In this document: piece after piece, positions 46,573 to 48,511 of the stretch | Layout of the letters: every line of letters begins with the position of its first letter | Numbering within the stretch: position 1 is the stretch's first letter | From: a virus | Lineage: Duplodnaviria; Caudoviricetes | Strand: one strand, 5' to 3' | IMG/VR virus record: IMGVR_UViG_3300033153_006068 | Span: 1 to 48,511 of that record | DNA: 48,511 bases | Translations under genes and position numbers: made by a program | The notes under the pieces: model-generated | The model's input: the letters and a program-made list of their open reading frames with translations, nothing else | The model's database searches: none | Told to the model about the DNA's origin: nothing

Positions 46573-46800
46573 ATGAACGACCTGAAGATGATAGGAGTGG
46601 TGGGAGCCTTGCTGACAGTCCTCTTTGGCTGGGTATGGAAGGATCTCAACGACCTACAGCTGAACAAGGCGGATAAGTCAGCACTACTCGCCGGCACCCA
46701 GTCCCGATGGACAGGTGAGCAGCAGGTGGAGTACCGCAGGGCGGTAGAGATAGAGATTAGAGCGTTACGGGAGAGGCTGGATAAGCTGGAGACCCCATAG
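46573..46800 (+). CDS. Small single-TM membrane protein
   Basis: AAGGAG RBS; MIGVVGALLTVLFGWVW then coiled coil. Confidence 0.65.
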   Translation: MNDLKMIGVVGALLTVLFGWVWKDLNDLQLNKADKSALLAGTQSRWTGEQQVEYRRAVEIEIRALRERLDKLETP

Positions 46801-46883
46801 CGCAACGAGTTGAGGTGGTCGCCCCGGTGGCAACTGATGACGCGGAAACCATAAACCGTGCGGCTACCTCACATTATTGGTCT

Positions 46884-46937
46884 GCTCACTTGTGAGGTAC
46901 GAGTGAGTAGGAAGTGAGTAAAAGTGAGCGAGGTGAG
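46884..46937 (+). repeat. Phased GTGAG repeat array B
   Basis: GCTCAC-TT-GTGAG inverted pair, then GTGAG at 46903, 46914, 46924, 46933. Confidence 0.6.
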
Positions 46938-47235
46938 TAAGATGGGTTATGGAAGAGGGGCTTCCCCTAACAGTAAGACAGAGTTGGTGCTGCTTAGTAA
47001 TGGCATTGAGCATCGTACCGAGACAGGCTTGCGGTTCTATCCGTATAGCTCCATTCATAGCGTTGATGTGGATGCTACCACCGAGGTGACGCTCGACCCA
47101 GCCGTGGGCTATGTCACCACCATGAACCTGAATATCAACATGGTTGAGACTGGCGGCACCTACAATATTGGCACCAGCGGCACCTATACCGAGGTGAAAG
47201 AGCTGTATCACCGCATCAAGAACAAGCTGTCATGA
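46924..47235 (+). CDS. Hypothetical protein (start uncertain)
   Basis: ORF tiles with ATGA overlap at its end. Confidence 0.55.
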   Translation: MSEVSKMGYGRGASPNSKTELVLLSNGIEHRTETGLRFYPYSSIHSVDVDATTEVTLDPAVGYVTTMNLNINMVETGGTYNIGTSGTYTEVKELYHRIKNKLS

Positions 47236-47381
47236 TTGTTAACCTGAACGTAAGGCGTCTGGGCAACGGTCACATTCTCGTGCAGTACCAAGAGGATGGT
47301 AAGGCCAAGGATGCTGGGTTCTCATCGTGGCATGACTTTATCTTCTGGCTGGGTTGTGTGGTTGATGAGGAAGGGTCATGA
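47232..47381 (+). CDS. Hypothetical 49-aa protein (not in ORF track)
   Basis: ATGA overlaps at both ends; MIVNLNVRRLGNGHILVQY... Confidence 0.5.
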   Translation: MIVNLNVRRLGNGHILVQYQEDGKAKDAGFSSWHDFIFWLGCVVDEEGS

Positions 47382-47581
47382 CCATAAAGATAACCGTATT
47401 GTGTGACGGTGGTGGTTGCTCACATGAGTATGAGCCTAATGAGCAGCGCCTTGATGCCGAGAATGAGATTGAGGGTGAGTTAGTTGGTAAGGGCTGGGGC
47501 ATCGACTTCACTCAGGAGTTTCACTACTGCCCGAGCTGCACCAAGATAATAAAGGCAGAGGGAGGAGTGATAGGTGACTGA
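47378..47581 (+). CDS. Small Zn-finger protein
   Basis: CDGGGC...GW...HYCPSC. Confidence 0.6.
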   Translation: MTIKITVLCDGGGCSHEYEPNEQRLDAENEIEGELVGKGWGIDFTQEFHYCPSCTKIIKAEGGVIGD

Positions 47582-48017
47582 GATACAAGACGTTAACTGG
47601 CTGGTGATCCATAGTAGTGCGACCCCGCCATCGATGAACGTAACCGAGGAGATGATTGATGAGTGGCATCGAGCTAAGGGATGGGACTCTATTGGTTATC
47701 ACGTTTTCATTCGTCGTGATGGGACTGTTGAGTTTGGCCGTCCTTTTGATGTGCGCGGCGCTCATGTACTGGGCCATAATAATGACTCCATCGGTATCTG
47801 CATGGCTGGTGGAGTCAGTGAGGACGGTGAGCCGGAGGACAACTTCATCTCAGCGCAGCATCACTCCCTACTCCGAGTCCTCGACGCGCTGAAGATGCTA
47901 TTCCCTATGGCAAGGGCAAGAGGTCACCGTGACTTCGATAGTGCTGATACTGCATGCCCCAGCTTCGATGTGGAGTGGTGGCTCAACACCCAAGCAAGAG
48001 GACACTACTATGGATAA
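47574..48017 (+). CDS. N-acetylmuramoyl-L-alanine amidase endolysin (T7 lysozyme-like, Amidase_2)
   Basis: IHSSAT, IGYHVFIRRDG, GAHVLGHN..SIGIC, GHRD, CPSFDV. Confidence 0.93.
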   Translation: MTEIQDVNWLVIHSSATPPSMNVTEEMIDEWHRAKGWDSIGYHVFIRRDGTVEFGRPFDVRGAHVLGHNNDSIGICMAGGVSEDGEPEDNFISAQHHSLLRVLDALKMLFPMARARGHRDFDSADTACPSFDVEWWLNTQARGHYYG

Positions 48018-48309
48018 TCTCATTGATGATGATGTGCTGCGTGGTGGTACTAAGCTGTGGGGCCAACAGTTTCAGTTCGACATGCTCACCGAGGAGTCTG
48101 CTGAACTGATACAGGCAATCAGCCACCTGAAGCGAGGCAGATGCAACATCGAGAGCGTGATAGAGGAGATGGCTGATGTCACCATCCTGTTACGCCAAGT
48201 CGTGATAGATCAGGATGTTGAGGCGCTACTCGAGGGAGCTATTGCCGCCAAGATGATGAGGCTTGAGCGACGGGTAGAGGAAAACAACCCAAACTGGAGA
48301 GAGGAATAA
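48010..48309 (+). CDS. MazG-like nucleotide pyrophosphohydrolase
   Basis: EESAELIQAI...IEEMADV. Confidence 0.75.
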   Translation: MDNLIDDDVLRGGTKLWGQQFQFDMLTEESAELIQAISHLKRGRCNIESVIEEMADVTILLRQVVIDQDVEALLEGAIAAKMMRLERRVEENNPNWREE

Positions 48310-48511
48310 TGGACACGATATTGCAGTTCCTGTGGATGGCAGCTGTCGTGCTGATGGTCGGCTCCGGCGTGTTCACCGTCTACAATTACATGGAGAACAA
48401 AAGGTCTTCGGCTCACAGCTCCAGTGACATAGATACAGGCATTAAGGCTATCTTGGGTGCCATTGTCTTTATCCTTGCCTCAGCTGCAGTGGGGCTACTG
48501 TCATGGCTGGC
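48309..48511 (+). CDS. Two-TM membrane protein, possible holin (runs off the window)
   Basis: TAATG overlap; MDTILQFLWMAAVVLMVGSGVFTV...AILGAIVFILASAAVGLLSWL; near endolysin. Confidence 0.5.
   Translation, partial: MDTILQFLWMAAVVLMVGSGVFTVYNYMENKRSSAHSSSDIDTGIKAILGAIVFILASAAVGLLSWL

Larger units (their letters stand above)
1..48511. mobile_element. Partial genome of a tailed dsDNA bacteriophage (Caudoviricetes, probably podovirus-like)
   Basis: Dense, modular phage gene content throughout (adaptor, tail-like genes, polyvalent protein, ERF/YqaJ/SSB, primase, helicase, TerS, amidase); no host housekeeping genes or integrase seen. Confidence 0.95.

Noticed and set aside
46815-46852. Hammerhead ribozyme-like core (GTGGTC...CTGATGA-CGCG-GAAACCAT)
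   Set aside because: Stem II would be only CGCG, two extra A's separate stem I from CUGAUGA, and a competing 12-bp helix uses the same bases; not a credible canonical hammerhead without a cleavage assay
1-48511. CRISPR array, tRNA genes, integrase/att sites, reverse transcriptase/DGR
   Set aside because: No repeat-spacer array, tRNA cloverleaf with T-loop consensus, recombinase motifs or RT motifs seen by eye; dedicated scans were not run

Overview
The whole window is a partial genome of a tailed dsDNA phage. The E. coli-like SSB, sigma70-type promoters and LPS-type heptose genes point to a proteobacterial host. The virion is probably podovirus-like: adaptor, nozzle-like and ejection-like proteins are present, with no recognisable tape measure or sheath. 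Layout: (i) 44-25267 (+) virion module, interrupted by a TylF-type O-methyltransferase and a methyltransferase-GT9 (heptosyltransferase-like) fusion, and ending in a ~4000-aa polyvalent protein that is frameshifted near its end; (ii) 25309-32543 (-) recombination/early module (MT-A70 methylase, SSB, YqaJ exonuclease, DUF1351, ERF, DUF932); (iii) ~32540-33310, a non-coding divergent control region; (iv) 33314-48511 (+) helicase, primase, HNH nucleases, nin-like genes, an HldE-type heptose-1-P nucleotidyltransferase, small terminase, amidase endolysin and a MazG-like gene. Large terminase, portal, major capsid, integrase and DNA polymerase are not seen; the head genes probably lie outside the window ends. 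Best leads: a Tat-signal mini-protein made of short terminase- and capsid-like motifs (possible immune decoy); a phage-encoded heptose activation/transfer/methylation set (possible virion glycosylation); a ~470-nt structured RNA candidate; a shared operator in three promoters; and two phased GTGAG arrays. All family assignments are by motif recognition by eye; no searches were run.
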